Positions 27,694 to 36,893 of a stretch of 64,000 bases of DNA are shown here, piece after piece. The translations under genes and the position numbers were made by a program. How positions within the stretch are numbered: position 1 is the stretch's first letter; every line of letters starts with the position of its first letter. This DNA comes from an uncultured bacterium (GTDB lineage: Bacteria > Patescibacteriota > Patescibacteriia > CAIQCM01), in the NCBI GenBank assembly GCA_963708045.1, contig OY970181.1, positions 259,740 to 323,739 on the forward strand, in the 5' to 3' direction. A model generated the notes under the pieces. The model ran no database searches. It saw only the letters and a program-made list of their open reading frames with translations, and was not told the origin of the DNA.

Positions 27694-28113
27694 TTAGGCA
27701 ATTTTATGGCCAATATGATGATGGTTCGCGGGTAGATTCTTTAGCGCCATCCGTAAAAAATTAATAAACGCAAAAACAGCAGCGAGAACGAGGATGACAC
27801 TCATTGTTGGTAAGGTTTCGGCAAGCGAAGAAAGATAGCTTTTCCAAAAACTGGCAACCGCGGAAAAGTCAGTCCAAATCAGCGTGGCAAAAGCGGAAAA
27901 ACCCGATCGGCTAAATTCGCCGTGGGCAAGAACAATAGAAAAAATAAGTGCCGCCGCCGAAAGAAATGAAAGTGCGGAAAAAATAAAAAATTTTGAGCGT
28001 GCTTGCAGGGCCGTTCTTTCCTCGTAAATTCTTGCAAATACAGCGCTTAAAAGGGTGTCCGACGCCGGCTCTGGCTTGGCTTTTAGAATTAAATTTTTCC
28101 ACGCATCGCTCAT
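27694..28113 (-). CDS. putative anti-sigma factor (membrane protein)
   Basis: 139 aa with a cytoplasmic N-terminus and 2 TM helices. Sits immediately downstream of the ECF sigma gene. Call is by context only. Confidence 0.4.
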   Translation of the reverse strand: MSDAWKNLILKAKPEPASDTLLSAVFARIYEERTALQARSKFFIFSALSFLSAAALIFSIVLAHGEFSRSGFSAFATLIWTDFSAVASFWKSYLSSLAETLPTMSVILVLAAVFAFINFLRMALKNLPANHHHIGHKIA

Positions 28114-28159
28114 ATTGTTTTGTTAATTATACGCAAAATTCGCAAATTTTGGTTCATCT

Positions 28160-28732
28160 TTAATCTTTGTGTTCTAATGTTTCCTTAAGGGTGGTTAATG
28201 CTCGCCGGTAACGGCTTTTTACGGTGTTAACCGACTCGCTCATAACGTCGGCAATTTCTTGAAGCGTTAGCTCATCGTAATAATGCATTTCCAAAACCAC
28301 GCGATTTTTTGATGAAAGGGCGTCAAGCGCCCCGCGGATTTTTTCCGCGGACAGTAAGGCGTCGGTTGTTTCTGGCGCAAGCGGCGCGTCGTCGGCAAGA
28401 GAATCAATAAAAGTATTTTCACCATCGTCATTTTCAAAATCCGAAAAAACCGTCGGACGTTTTTTTCGGAGATAATCCAGACAGGTGTTTTTGGCGATGG
28501 TCAAAAACCAAGTTTTAAATTTTTTTTGCTGATCAAATTTTTTAAGATTGCGCCAAACCTTAACGCAGGCTTCTTGAACAGCGTCTTCGGCTTCACTTTC
28601 GCCAACCAGGCCGCGGCACAAGATAAGCGCGGAGTTTAAATAGCGCTTAAATAAAACTGAAAGCGACTCCTCGTCGCCCTTTAAATACGCCGTTATTAAT
28701 TCGGCATCTCCTCGTTTATTTTTATCGTCCAT
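28160..28732 (-). CDS. RNA polymerase ECF-type sigma-70 factor
   Basis: Region 2 (...AVQEACVKVWRNLKKFD...FKTWFLTIAKNTCLDYLRKKR) and region 4 HTH (LTLQEIADVMSESVNTVKSRYRRALTTLK). Confidence 0.8.
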   Translation of the reverse strand: MDDKNKRGDAELITAYLKGDEESLSVLFKRYLNSALILCRGLVGESEAEDAVQEACVKVWRNLKKFDQQKKFKTWFLTIAKNTCLDYLRKKRPTVFSDFENDDGENTFIDSLADDAPLAPETTDALLSAEKIRGALDALSSKNRVVLEMHYYDELTLQEIADVMSESVNTVKSRYRRALTTLKETLEHKD

Positions 28733-28910
28733 ATCCTAACACTATCGTCTTATTTTACAGATGTCTACCCATCATTAAAAATGAACCATCAATAATGAGT
28801 GGTACATGGTACATGGTTCATGGTTAATGTGGAGATCTATCCACAGCGCGGCTATTGCTGTTCTTCGGGCGCAGGGTTAAAGTGATGACGATTACAAACC
28901 AATCACACCA

Positions 28911-29984
28911 ATGATCTTGGATGACGAGAAGATTATTAGCGAGCTGGATCACGGTCGCGTTCGCGATTCGCTTTCAGCCCTACCTGATCAAATTAACGCC
29001 GCCCTAAACGAGGCAACGCGCGTTAAGTTCGCCGCTACCTATAAAAAATCTTCCGAAATCGTCGTTGCGGGAATGGGCGGCTCAACTCTGGGTGCGCATC
29101 TCGTGCAATCTATTTACGGCAACTCTATTAGAGTGCCGTTTTGTTTTATAAACGGCTATCATTTGCCTGGTTCGGTTGGAAAGAATAGTCTTGTTATTTT
29201 GTCTTCCTACTCTGGCACAACCGAAGAAACGCTGGCCTGCTTTGATGAAGCCAAAAAACGCGGTGCAAAAATTTGCGGCATTGCCTCGGGTGGTCCGCTT
29301 GCCGAAAAACTAAAGAAAATAAAAGCGCCGGCCTATATTTTTTCTCCGGATTTTAACCCTTGCAAACAACCGCGAATGGGTTTGGGTTATATGTTCACGG
29401 GATTGCTTTCTTTTTTGGTCGCAACGAACAAACTCTCGGGAACGGTGCTCGTTGATTTGAAAAAAACTTTGGTCGGCCTGCGTGAAGCTGGAAAAAAATG
29501 GGAACTCGGCGTTCCTAGCGCCGTAAATTCGGCCAAGATAATGGCGCGCGAGCTTGCAGAAAAAATTCCCGTTATTGTTTCGGCTGAGCATCTAGTTGCG
29601 AATGGTCATATTTTACAAAATCAAATTCACGAAAGCCCAAAACAATTTTGCGCCGCCTTTCCGCTTCCCGAACTTAACCATCACTTAATGGAAGGACTTA
29701 AATTTCCAAAGAACGCTTCGTCGGAATTGGTTTTTCTTTTCCTTAACTCTAGCTTGTATTCAAAAAAACTCAGCAAGCGACTCGCCATTACCGAAGAAGT
29801 CGTTGCTAAACAAAATTATCAGCACATAGAGTGGTGCGCGGAAAGTAAAACAAGAATTGGCCAAGCGCTTGAGGCGCTAACCTTCGGCGGCTGGGTGTCA
29901 TTTTATATGGCAATGGAAAACCGCGTTAATCCTTCGTTCATTCCCTGGGTAGACTTCTTTAAGAAGGAACTAAAAAGGGAGTGA
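28911..29984 (+). CDS. bifunctional phosphoglucose/phosphomannose isomerase (SIS-domain, archaeal-type PGI/PMI family)
   Basis: Two SIS-like halves with VVAGMGGSTLGAHLV nucleotide-sugar binding loops. ~357 aa, which is typical for this family. Confidence 0.6.
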   Translation: MILDDEKIISELDHGRVRDSLSALPDQINAALNEATRVKFAATYKKSSEIVVAGMGGSTLGAHLVQSIYGNSIRVPFCFINGYHLPGSVGKNSLVILSSYSGTTEETLACFDEAKKRGAKICGIASGGPLAEKLKKIKAPAYIFSPDFNPCKQPRMGLGYMFTGLLSFLVATNKLSGTVLVDLKKTLVGLREAGKKWELGVPSAVNSAKIMARELAEKIPVIVSAEHLVANGHILQNQIHESPKQFCAAFPLPELNHHLMEGLKFPKNASSELVFLFLNSSLYSKKLSKRLAITEEVVAKQNYQHIEWCAESKTRIGQALEALTFGGWVSFYMAMENRVNPSFIPWVDFFKKELKRE

Positions 29985-29989
29985 AGCTT

Positions 29990-30060
29990 AGATCTTTCAC
30001 TGCTTCGTCTCACCCATGCTTGGGGACGAAGCGGTCACTGGGTCGCGAGGGCCGGCGCCT
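29990..30060 (+). terminator. tandem hairpins downstream of the isomerase gene
   Basis: cttcgtctcacccatgcttggggacgaagc and cgagggccggcgcctgcgtcggccttttgc. Confidence 0.5.
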
Positions 30061-30100
30061 GCGTCGGCCTTTTGCATTATTAATTATGTTGGTAGGATTT

Positions 30101-30227
30101 ATTTAAAGACGGGATAATTTATTTATCCTCAAAAGTCAGAATATACATATTTTCTCGTAATTACTACCGTCTTTAGATACTGCACACATATACCGTTTCG
30201 GATAAATAAATTATCCCGTCTTTAAAT
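30101..30227. repeat. 28-bp perfect inverted repeat pair flanking a 71-bp spacer
   Basis: atttaaagacgggataatttatttatcc (30101-30128) pairs with ggataaataaattatcccgtctttaaat (30200-30227), immediately upstream of the 30229 gene start. Confidence 0.8.
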
Positions 30228-30228
30228 T

Positions 30229-31746
30229 TTGTATATGGACTTGGTGATGTTTAATTTTTTAAAAAAATTAAAAAACTGGGTAGTCGGCAACGCGTGGCTC
30301 GGCGAGGCGGTGGTTTTTGTTGTTTGTTTTTTAATTTATTGGCCGCTTCAGAATAACGGCGTTTTCCCAGATCCCGACTCTTTTTATCACATTAAAATGG
30401 CTGAGCTGACCGCGGTCTCGGGTCCAGTGCGTGATTTTGTCTGGATGCCTTTTACCACCCTTGCGAAAAATTTTGCCGACCATCATTTTTTGTATCACGT
30501 GGCGCTTGTTCCGTTTATTAAATTATTCGGTCCACTTCTTGGAATGAAAGTCGCGACGACTTTTTTAGCGGCGCTCGCAATCGCTGTTGTGTCGTTTGTT
30601 TTGCGTCGTCTTGGTGCCAAAGCCGCGCCGTTTTATGCGCTCGCGCTTGCCGTCGCGAGTCCGTTTGTTTTTCGTTTGAACTTGGCCAAAGCCTCGGCGC
30701 CGGGAATTATTCTTTTGGTTTTGGGAATGTATTTTGCTGTTAAACGAAAATCATTACCCTTGTTTTTAATTGCGTTTTTTTATGTTTGGACGCACGGTGG
30801 CTGGCCAGCGCTCCTTGGTCTTGGCACCATCGCGATTATTGTTTCGGCGTGGGGAAAGAAGGGTGGCGTCACTAAACCCTTACTCGCTCTGTGGGGTGGA
30901 ATTTTGGCTGGCTTAATTATTAATCCGTTCTTCCCGCATAATCTTCAGTTTTACTGGGAGCAGATCGTTCAAATTGCCGTGATCAATTACCAAACAAAAA
31001 TCGGCGTTGGTTCGGAGTGGTATCCGTATAATTCATCCGACTTAATTTCCGGTTTGCCGCTTTTGTTTTTGCTTATGGCCGCGGCGGTCGTTGTTTGGCC
31101 GTTTGCTAAAGGAAAAGAACGCCGCAGTGCGCTCGTATATTCCATTGGCACGTTTTTATTTTTAATTTTAACCCTGCGTTCGCGCCGGCACGTGGAATAT
31201 TTTGTTCCGCTCGCGCTGATTGCCTCGGCGCTGTGGCTAGAATTGTCGCTGGGGTCATTTATAAAAAATATTTTTTCAAAAAATCGTTTGGTTCTTTCTG
31301 TGGCGGCGCTGGGAATGGCTTCTATGTTCGTGGTTTTTGCGGGTAACGAAATTTCGGCTGATCGCAAAGACCTAACCAAAGGTTATGATTTTAATTTATA
31401 CGTCGGCGAAGCAAATTGGCTTAAAAAAAATGTTCCGGCCGGAGAAATAATCGTTCATAACGACTGGGATGATTTTCCAATGCTGTTTATGCGCGACGAC
31501 ACTCATCGTTATATAATGGGAATGGATCCGACGTTTCTTTATCGCGCTAACCCCGACTTGTATCGCAATTATGTTGACCTGACGCTTGGAAAATCAAACG
31601 ACCCCGTGGGTGTAATGAAGCAGTTAAACTCGCGGTATGTTTTACTTGACCTTAACCATCAAGCGCTAAAAAATTCTTTAGTAAATTCAAAACGTTTTAA
31701 GCTGGTTTACGAAGACAAAGAAGGTTTGATTTATAAACTTGATTAA
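30229..31746 (+). CDS. large polytopic membrane protein, possible GT-C-fold glycosyltransferase (hypothetical)
   Basis: 505 aa with ~11 N-terminal TM helices followed by a soluble C-terminal domain. ATG at 30235 is the more likely start. Confidence 0.45.
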   Translation: MYMDLVMFNFLKKLKNWVVGNAWLGEAVVFVVCFLIYWPLQNNGVFPDPDSFYHIKMAELTAVSGPVRDFVWMPFTTLAKNFADHHFLYHVALVPFIKLFGPLLGMKVATTFLAALAIAVVSFVLRRLGAKAAPFYALALAVASPFVFRLNLAKASAPGIILLVLGMYFAVKRKSLPLFLIAFFYVWTHGGWPALLGLGTIAIIVSAWGKKGGVTKPLLALWGGILAGLIINPFFPHNLQFYWEQIVQIAVINYQTKIGVGSEWYPYNSSDLISGLPLLFLLMAAAVVVWPFAKGKERRSALVYSIGTFLFLILTLRSRRHVEYFVPLALIASALWLELSLGSFIKNIFSKNRLVLSVAALGMASMFVVFAGNEISADRKDLTKGYDFNLYVGEANWLKKNVPAGEIIVHNDWDDFPMLFMRDDTHRYIMGMDPTFLYRANPDLYRNYVDLTLGKSNDPVGVMKQLNSRYVLLDLNHQALKNSLVNSKRFKLVYEDKEGLIYKLD

Positions 31747-33635
31747 GGAAGTGTCGCGGTTGCGCCGAGTGCGTTAAGTTTGGAAAATTCAATTTGGTTG
31801 GTTTCGTCGCGAAGCAGACTAAACGAACTCATTCCAGTAAATAGCCTTATCTCCACTTTGTCCGAAAATGTGGAATAGCTGTATTCAATAATTTTTCCGG
31901 TTGAAATTTTTTCTGGCGGAAAGATTCCTTGGCCAAAGGGCAAAATTTCGCCGTTGATTTTTATAACTGTGTATTTGTCCAAAGTTCCGTTTGTTTTAAA
32001 ATATAATTTCCAACCGTTTTGATTTTTTTTATATCCGATCAAGTCTAATTCCGGAGAAAGCGAACTAAGTGATTTAGTTGTGTTCGCAGGCGGAGCAGAG
32101 AGGAGATTGATAAACGGATATGAGCCATCCCCATTGCCTTTTTTAAGAAGGACAACGCCGTTTTTTTCAAAAATCGTTTGATATTCGCCGTTTGCTAAAA
32201 TTTTTCTAAAACGTTCGTCGCCAGCAAGCGCCTGTTCAAAAACTTCGCCAACGATATTATTTTTACCTGGCGCGTTTGCGAGAAAAAAGCGTTCGTTAAT
32301 AAGTAGATACTCGGGCAATTCGGGGAACGCATAATCACCCCTAAAGAATTCGTTTTTTCCGACCCAAGCATAATATAAATAATAAAATTTTTCTCGGCCT
32401 GAGAGCAACGTTGCCGCGTCAAAAGACGACGAAACCGAAGCGTTTGGCGGAACAAGGGCGACGGCTTCCATTTGCGCTTGTTCGGTTGCGGATGGTGCGG
32501 CAAAAATTTTTGGGATCGCCGTAATCGGACCTAAGGTAAAAAGGAAAAATAGCGGCGCAAAAACTGCGAGTGGCGCAAGAAGTGGTTTGGGAATTATTTG
32601 TTTCGCGTCGTTTTGTAAACTCTGGAAGCCGTAGATTGCGGCAATGACAATGCCAGGGAACATCAAGAGGGCATAATGGGTTTGGAGCGGCAAAAACCAG
32701 TCATTGTTGTTGGCAGTGCTGATAATCAGGTACGAGATTGGCGAAAGCAAAAGAAAGCGCGGTCGGCGCAAAGGGAGAAAAAGAAAAACCGCGAGGCTAA
32801 CAAAAATAATTTTTAGTGAAGTCGGTGAAAATAATTTTAACAAAATCGGAAGGGGGTGAAGAATGGCGTTTAAAACAACTTGTCCGGCCGTTTGACCAAA
32901 TCCGGCAAAATAATGCGAAGCGTATTTATAAATTCCGTTCGCGTTCATTGCGGTGATTATTTTAATGTCGGCAAAAAAGACCAGCGCGCCAAGTGCCAGT
33001 GGCAAAACCGTCCATTTTAACATCTGTATTCTGTTTCCTTTTGCCCAAGCGCCTCGGTCGGCAAGATAAACCAGGGCAAAGCTGATGGAAATAAAGGCGA
33101 CGTCTTCGCGAACTAAAAAACCAAGAAAGAGAAATAGCAGAAATTGCCAAAACTTTTTTTGAATAAAATAATATGCGGCAAAGAAAACAAACACCAGCGA
33201 AAAAGTCAGCATATGAAATTCCCAAAGCGTGTTGTAGCAGACGGTAAAGTTGAGAAGCCAAATGAGTGGAAAAATTATCGCGTACTTTTTGTTTGAAAGA
33301 AGGTGTTTGGCAATAAGGTAAATAGGAATGGCGGCGGCGGCGAGGGCGAGAATTTGTAAAATTATTAAAGTCAGGGGATGTGGAAAAATGGCGTAAATTA
33401 AAGACAGCGGCAAAATGTACCATTCGGCGTGATCGCCGAGGTAGGACGGGATGTTGATGGATGAGGCAAAAAGGTGGCCGTGGGCAGTATTCCAAAAAGT
33501 GTTGTTGTAGATCGCAAGATCCAAGCCGTTATAGCCGCCGTTCAAATATTTAAAAATCGCGATTATGCCCCAAAAGACGACAAAAATCGCCATCCCCGCG
33601 GCTACTATGATTTTGTTTCGTTTTTCTGTAGTCAT
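31743..33635 (-). CDS. large polytopic membrane protein (DUF2079-like/GT-C-like, hypothetical)
   Basis: 630 aa with ~12 TM helices in the N-terminal 400 aa and a C-terminal soluble domain. Convergent with and overlapping the previous gene's stop. Confidence 0.45.
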   Translation of the reverse strand: MTTEKRNKIIVAAGMAIFVVFWGIIAIFKYLNGGYNGLDLAIYNNTFWNTAHGHLFASSINIPSYLGDHAEWYILPLSLIYAIFPHPLTLIILQILALAAAAIPIYLIAKHLLSNKKYAIIFPLIWLLNFTVCYNTLWEFHMLTFSLVFVFFAAYYFIQKKFWQFLLFLFLGFLVREDVAFISISFALVYLADRGAWAKGNRIQMLKWTVLPLALGALVFFADIKIITAMNANGIYKYASHYFAGFGQTAGQVVLNAILHPLPILLKLFSPTSLKIIFVSLAVFLFLPLRRPRFLLLSPISYLIISTANNNDWFLPLQTHYALLMFPGIVIAAIYGFQSLQNDAKQIIPKPLLAPLAVFAPLFFLFTLGPITAIPKIFAAPSATEQAQMEAVALVPPNASVSSSFDAATLLSGREKFYYLYYAWVGKNEFFRGDYAFPELPEYLLINERFFLANAPGKNNIVGEVFEQALAGDERFRKILANGEYQTIFEKNGVVLLKKGNGDGSYPFINLLSAPPANTTKSLSSLSPELDLIGYKKNQNGWKLYFKTNGTLDKYTVIKINGEILPFGQGIFPPEKISTGKIIEYSYSTFSDKVEIRLFTGMSSFSLLRDETNQIEFSKLNALGATATLP

Positions 33636-33639
33636 TCAG

Positions 33640-33890
33640 TTATTTTATAGGGTTTAGGGGATAGGGTATAGGGGATAGAAAAGTTCTATCTTTGGCCCTC
33701 CCTTTGGTAAAAGGGAGGGTAGGGAGAGTTCTGTTTTTTTAATTACAGTTGTTACATCGCGAACGAACTCCCCCTACCCCCTCCCCGATGGCCATCGGGG
33801 AGGGGGCCAAGATGTTTCCAGATAAACAATTATCGGTACCGTCTACGAAAAAATACTAACCCCTATGCCCTAACCCCTAAACCCTAGGAG
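33640..33890. repeat. Family-C repeat cluster (ggggataggg / ccctaacccctaaaccctag units plus two hairpins ccctcccttt..agggaggg and ccccctccccgatgg/ccatcggggaggggg)
   Basis: Direct reading of the sequence. The same units recur at 36430-36700, 44935-44955, 52305-52340 and 53161-53200. Confidence 0.7.
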
Positions 33891-33894
33891 TGGG

Positions 33895-33923
33895 ATTGAC
33901 TTTTTGCCAAAAATATGCGATAA
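33895..33923 (+). promoter_or_regulatory. candidate promoter TTGACT-17-GATAAT for the PBP1A gene, followed by a duplicated gataatccgatg box and a gcgcaaagacggctttgcgc hairpin in the leader
   Basis: Motif spacing read from the sequence. Confidence 0.4.
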
Positions 33924-34018
33924 TCCGATGTTGCTGATTCTCTGGGGCACTCTGACAATTAACGATAATCCGATGCGCAAAGACGGCTTTGCGCATTAAC
34001 AAAAAAAGGAGTCTTAAG

Positions 34019-36316
34019 ATGTTCAAAAAAATCGTGCTTTACTCCACGATCGTGATCTTATTTTTAGCGATCGTGGTAGCGGGTACTCTTGGTTTTTTGG
34101 TAAACCGCGAGTACAAGAAAATTCTAGCTGATCCAAACTTTCCGTCGTTTGAAGTCTTTGAGCAAAATCCCAAACTCGCGACAATTATTATTGACCGCGA
34201 CAATGAGACAATTTGCGAAATTGGCAAAGAGCGACGCATTCTAACGTCGTTTGCAAAAATTCCCAAGTGCGTGGTCAGGGCATTTGTCTCGATTGAAGAC
34301 AAGCGTTACTGGGAACACGACGGCGCTGATTATAAAGGTGTTCTCGCGGTTGCGTGGAACACTTATGTGAAGCACCAAAAGCCACGCGGCGCGTCAACAC
34401 TTGATATGCAGCTCATCAAAAATCGGTTTTTCCCCGACCGCCGCAAAGAAAAAAAAGAGGAACGGGAATACCGAAAAAAGATTGAGATCGTAAGTGCGCT
34501 CAAGCTAGAGACAGAGCTTACGGCAAAACTAGGCGGCAAACTTCAGGCCAAAGAACGGATCGCTGAGCTGTACTTTAACCAGATCAGCTTTGGACGAGAT
34601 CGTTTTGGGATTGAAGAGGGGGCACGTCAGATTTTTGGAAAATCAGTTTCCGATCTGAACGTGCTGGAAGCAGCGGCACTTGCGGCAATGCCAAAAGATC
34701 CGTCGGCCTATGATCCAATCCGTCATCCGCAAAAAAACCGAGCGCGGCGTCTAACCGTGCTTCGGGAAATGAAAACGCTTGGCAATATTAGCGAAGACGA
34801 CATCAAGGCCGTTTTTGCTGAATACGCGCCAAAGCTTGCGCCAAAGAAAATTCCGGTGCTCGGCATTTTTGAGCAGGACTTTAAAACCTTGCTTGGACTT
34901 GAACCGATCACGGTTGTAGACGCTAATCCGTATCGCGGCACAGCACAGAACATCTGTGATATGGCCAAAGATCAACTCCGCAAAAAGCACTGTGCGGGGA
35001 TGAACATAAAGAAGTTGAAAGAGAAGGAACAGTGCGAAGAAAGGATGAGTAACTTAGGAATCGTGATTCGTTCGTCCGTCAGCCAAAAACTGATGGCCAA
35101 AGTGTCGCGGCTCGCCGAAAACACGGTCGCCACGATTAAGGAACGTCACGAGATGCTCCGGAAAAACAAGGAGCGTCCGCAAGTCGCCGTTGTCGTCATT
35201 GATAACGAGACCGGAGAAATACCGGTTTTGATTAGCGGCGCGCCATACTTTGCTGGCGGTTTTAACTTTGTTAACGGCGATCGTCAGCCTGGGTCGCTAA
35301 TGAAGTTGTTCGTGTATTATGCCGGATTGCGTTATGCAGGACTCTCGCCCGCGAGCGTTTTTCTGGACTCACCGGTAAGTATGATGAACAACAAACCTTG
35401 GCCAGCTAACTATGAGCCTGGGTCAATGGGGAGCGTAAGTCTTACGTCCGCCTTTGCCCACTCGGCGAATACGATCGCCGTTAAGGTACTCATTGCCGCT
35501 GGTCCAAAGAATGTTGTTCGTGCCGCGCGCGAGCTTGGGGTGACTTCGGAGTTAAAGCCGGACTTGTCGCTTGCGCTTGGTACATACGGAATCTCGCCAA
35601 TGGAAATTGCCGGAGCTTACGCCACGTTTGCTCGCGGTGGTACCTACATTAAGCCGATGATCTTTACCGAGATTGGCGGCGAAAATATGCGTGACAGTGG
35701 TCGGTTGGTAATTTCACCGGCGTATGAAGAGAAAACGAAAGATCTTTTATACGCGGTGGTGGAATCGGGGACAGGGAAAAAGGTTCAGGGAATTGTTCCG
35801 GGTCGGATTGGTGGAAAAACCGGAACGACTTCGGGTCACGCCGACGCTTGGTTTGCTGGTTTTTCGCGGCGATACACAATTGTCGTTTGGGTGGGATTTG
35901 AGAAGCGGACGACTTTGGGTGCCAAAGAAACTGGTGCCGGAGCCGCCCTTCCGCTTTGGGGAGACACACTCTGTATTTTGGAAAACGGCGAGTCGTGTGG
36001 TTTGGTGGCAGGGATGTCGCGAAAGAAGGTGGACGACAAGGAAGATCGTCAGATGGTTGATGAGTCTGTTAACGAAGAAATTATTAACGACGCAATTGAA
36101 AACGCCGCTCAAAATGAAACCGTTAACGACGAGGCTTCGGACGAAGAGCCAGATGAGGTTGAAGTGGAGTTGCCCAAGTTAATCAAGGCAAAACCAACGG
36201 AGCCAAGCAAGGCTCTTGAAGCGGCGCCAAAGAACGAGCCCGAGCCGGAAGATGAAACCGAAGCGCTGATTAAGGCAGCTGAAGAAGCAGCCGAAGAGGC
36301 AATAAAGAAACAGTAG
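34019..36316 (+). CDS. penicillin-binding protein 1A (bifunctional transglycosylase/transpeptidase) with acidic C-terminal tail
   Basis: GT51 motifs (...EDKRYWEHDGADYKG..., ...QLIKNRF...). Transpeptidase SxxK (PGSLMK), SxN and KTGT (GGKTGTTSG). C-terminal low-complexity E/A-rich tail. Start ATG 34019 with RBS AAAGGAG. Confidence 0.85.
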   Translation: MFKKIVLYSTIVILFLAIVVAGTLGFLVNREYKKILADPNFPSFEVFEQNPKLATIIIDRDNETICEIGKERRILTSFAKIPKCVVRAFVSIEDKRYWEHDGADYKGVLAVAWNTYVKHQKPRGASTLDMQLIKNRFFPDRRKEKKEEREYRKKIEIVSALKLETELTAKLGGKLQAKERIAELYFNQISFGRDRFGIEEGARQIFGKSVSDLNVLEAAALAAMPKDPSAYDPIRHPQKNRARRLTVLREMKTLGNISEDDIKAVFAEYAPKLAPKKIPVLGIFEQDFKTLLGLEPITVVDANPYRGTAQNICDMAKDQLRKKHCAGMNIKKLKEKEQCEERMSNLGIVIRSSVSQKLMAKVSRLAENTVATIKERHEMLRKNKERPQVAVVVIDNETGEIPVLISGAPYFAGGFNFVNGDRQPGSLMKLFVYYAGLRYAGLSPASVFLDSPVSMMNNKPWPANYEPGSMGSVSLTSAFAHSANTIAVKVLIAAGPKNVVRAARELGVTSELKPDLSLALGTYGISPMEIAGAYATFARGGTYIKPMIFTEIGGENMRDSGRLVISPAYEEKTKDLLYAVVESGTGKKVQGIVPGRIGGKTGTTSGHADAWFAGFSRRYTIVVWVGFEKRTTLGAKETGAGAALPLWGDTLCILENGESCGLVAGMSRKKVDDKEDRQMVDESVNEEIINDAIENAAQNETVNDEASDEEPDEVEVELPKLIKAKPTEPSKALEAAPKNEPEPEDETEALIKAAEEAAEEAIKKQ

Positions 36317-36330
36317 ACGTTCGCTTAACG

Positions 36331-36372
36331 AGCGACCGATAGCTTCCCAGTGGCAGGGAGACTATCGGTCGT
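36331..36372 (+). terminator. intrinsic terminator after PBP1A
   Basis: cgaccgatagcttcccagtggcagggagactatcggtcgtttt. Confidence 0.65.
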
Positions 36373-36429
36373 TTTATTTTTTTAAAAATATTGCATTACA
36401 AAAAAGCTTCGTCATTGCGGGTGGTAGCG

Positions 36430-36700
36430 CGAAACGTAATAAAACAGAACTCTCCCTACCCTCCCTTTTACCAAAGGGAGGACTAAGATTTTTCGTGCCT
36501 TTGTCACTCTCTTTGTAAAAAAGATTGTATTTGAGAATTTTATCCTCGCCCTCTCTTTACATATTGGTAGACATGAAATCTGTAACCAGTCTTAGCCCAC
36601 TCTTTGCAAAAGAGGGGGTAGGGGGAGTTCGTTTCGTCCTGACGTAATAAAACAGAACTCTCCCCACCCTCCCTTTTACCAAAGGGAGGTCTATTTTTAG
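36430..36700. repeat. Family-C repeat cluster (aactctccctaccctcccttttaccaaagggagg, two copies, plus ggggtagggggagttcg)
   Basis: Near-identical 40-bp units at 36447-36486 and 36652-36692. Confidence 0.7.
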
Positions 36701-36893
36701 CCAAAAAACACGGTAATCCTCTTGACAAAACTGATATTTTGTGATAGTGTTTAATGTTTGTTGGAGGGATGTGCTAAAGCGCATTTTTCCGCAAAAACTC
36801 CAGAATGGGGCGGGGTGGCAAAACAGAAACTAGCGGACGCCATTTCGGCGCTCGTTGACAATTTAGAAAACGAAAAAGAGAAAGGAGGGGAAA

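Noticed and set aside
28843-28851. cTATCCACAg DnaA-box-like 9-mer in the sigma/PGI intergenic region
   Set aside because: It is a single isolated 8/9 match far from dnaA and is expected by chance. Possibly a minor DnaA-titration site, but unsupported.
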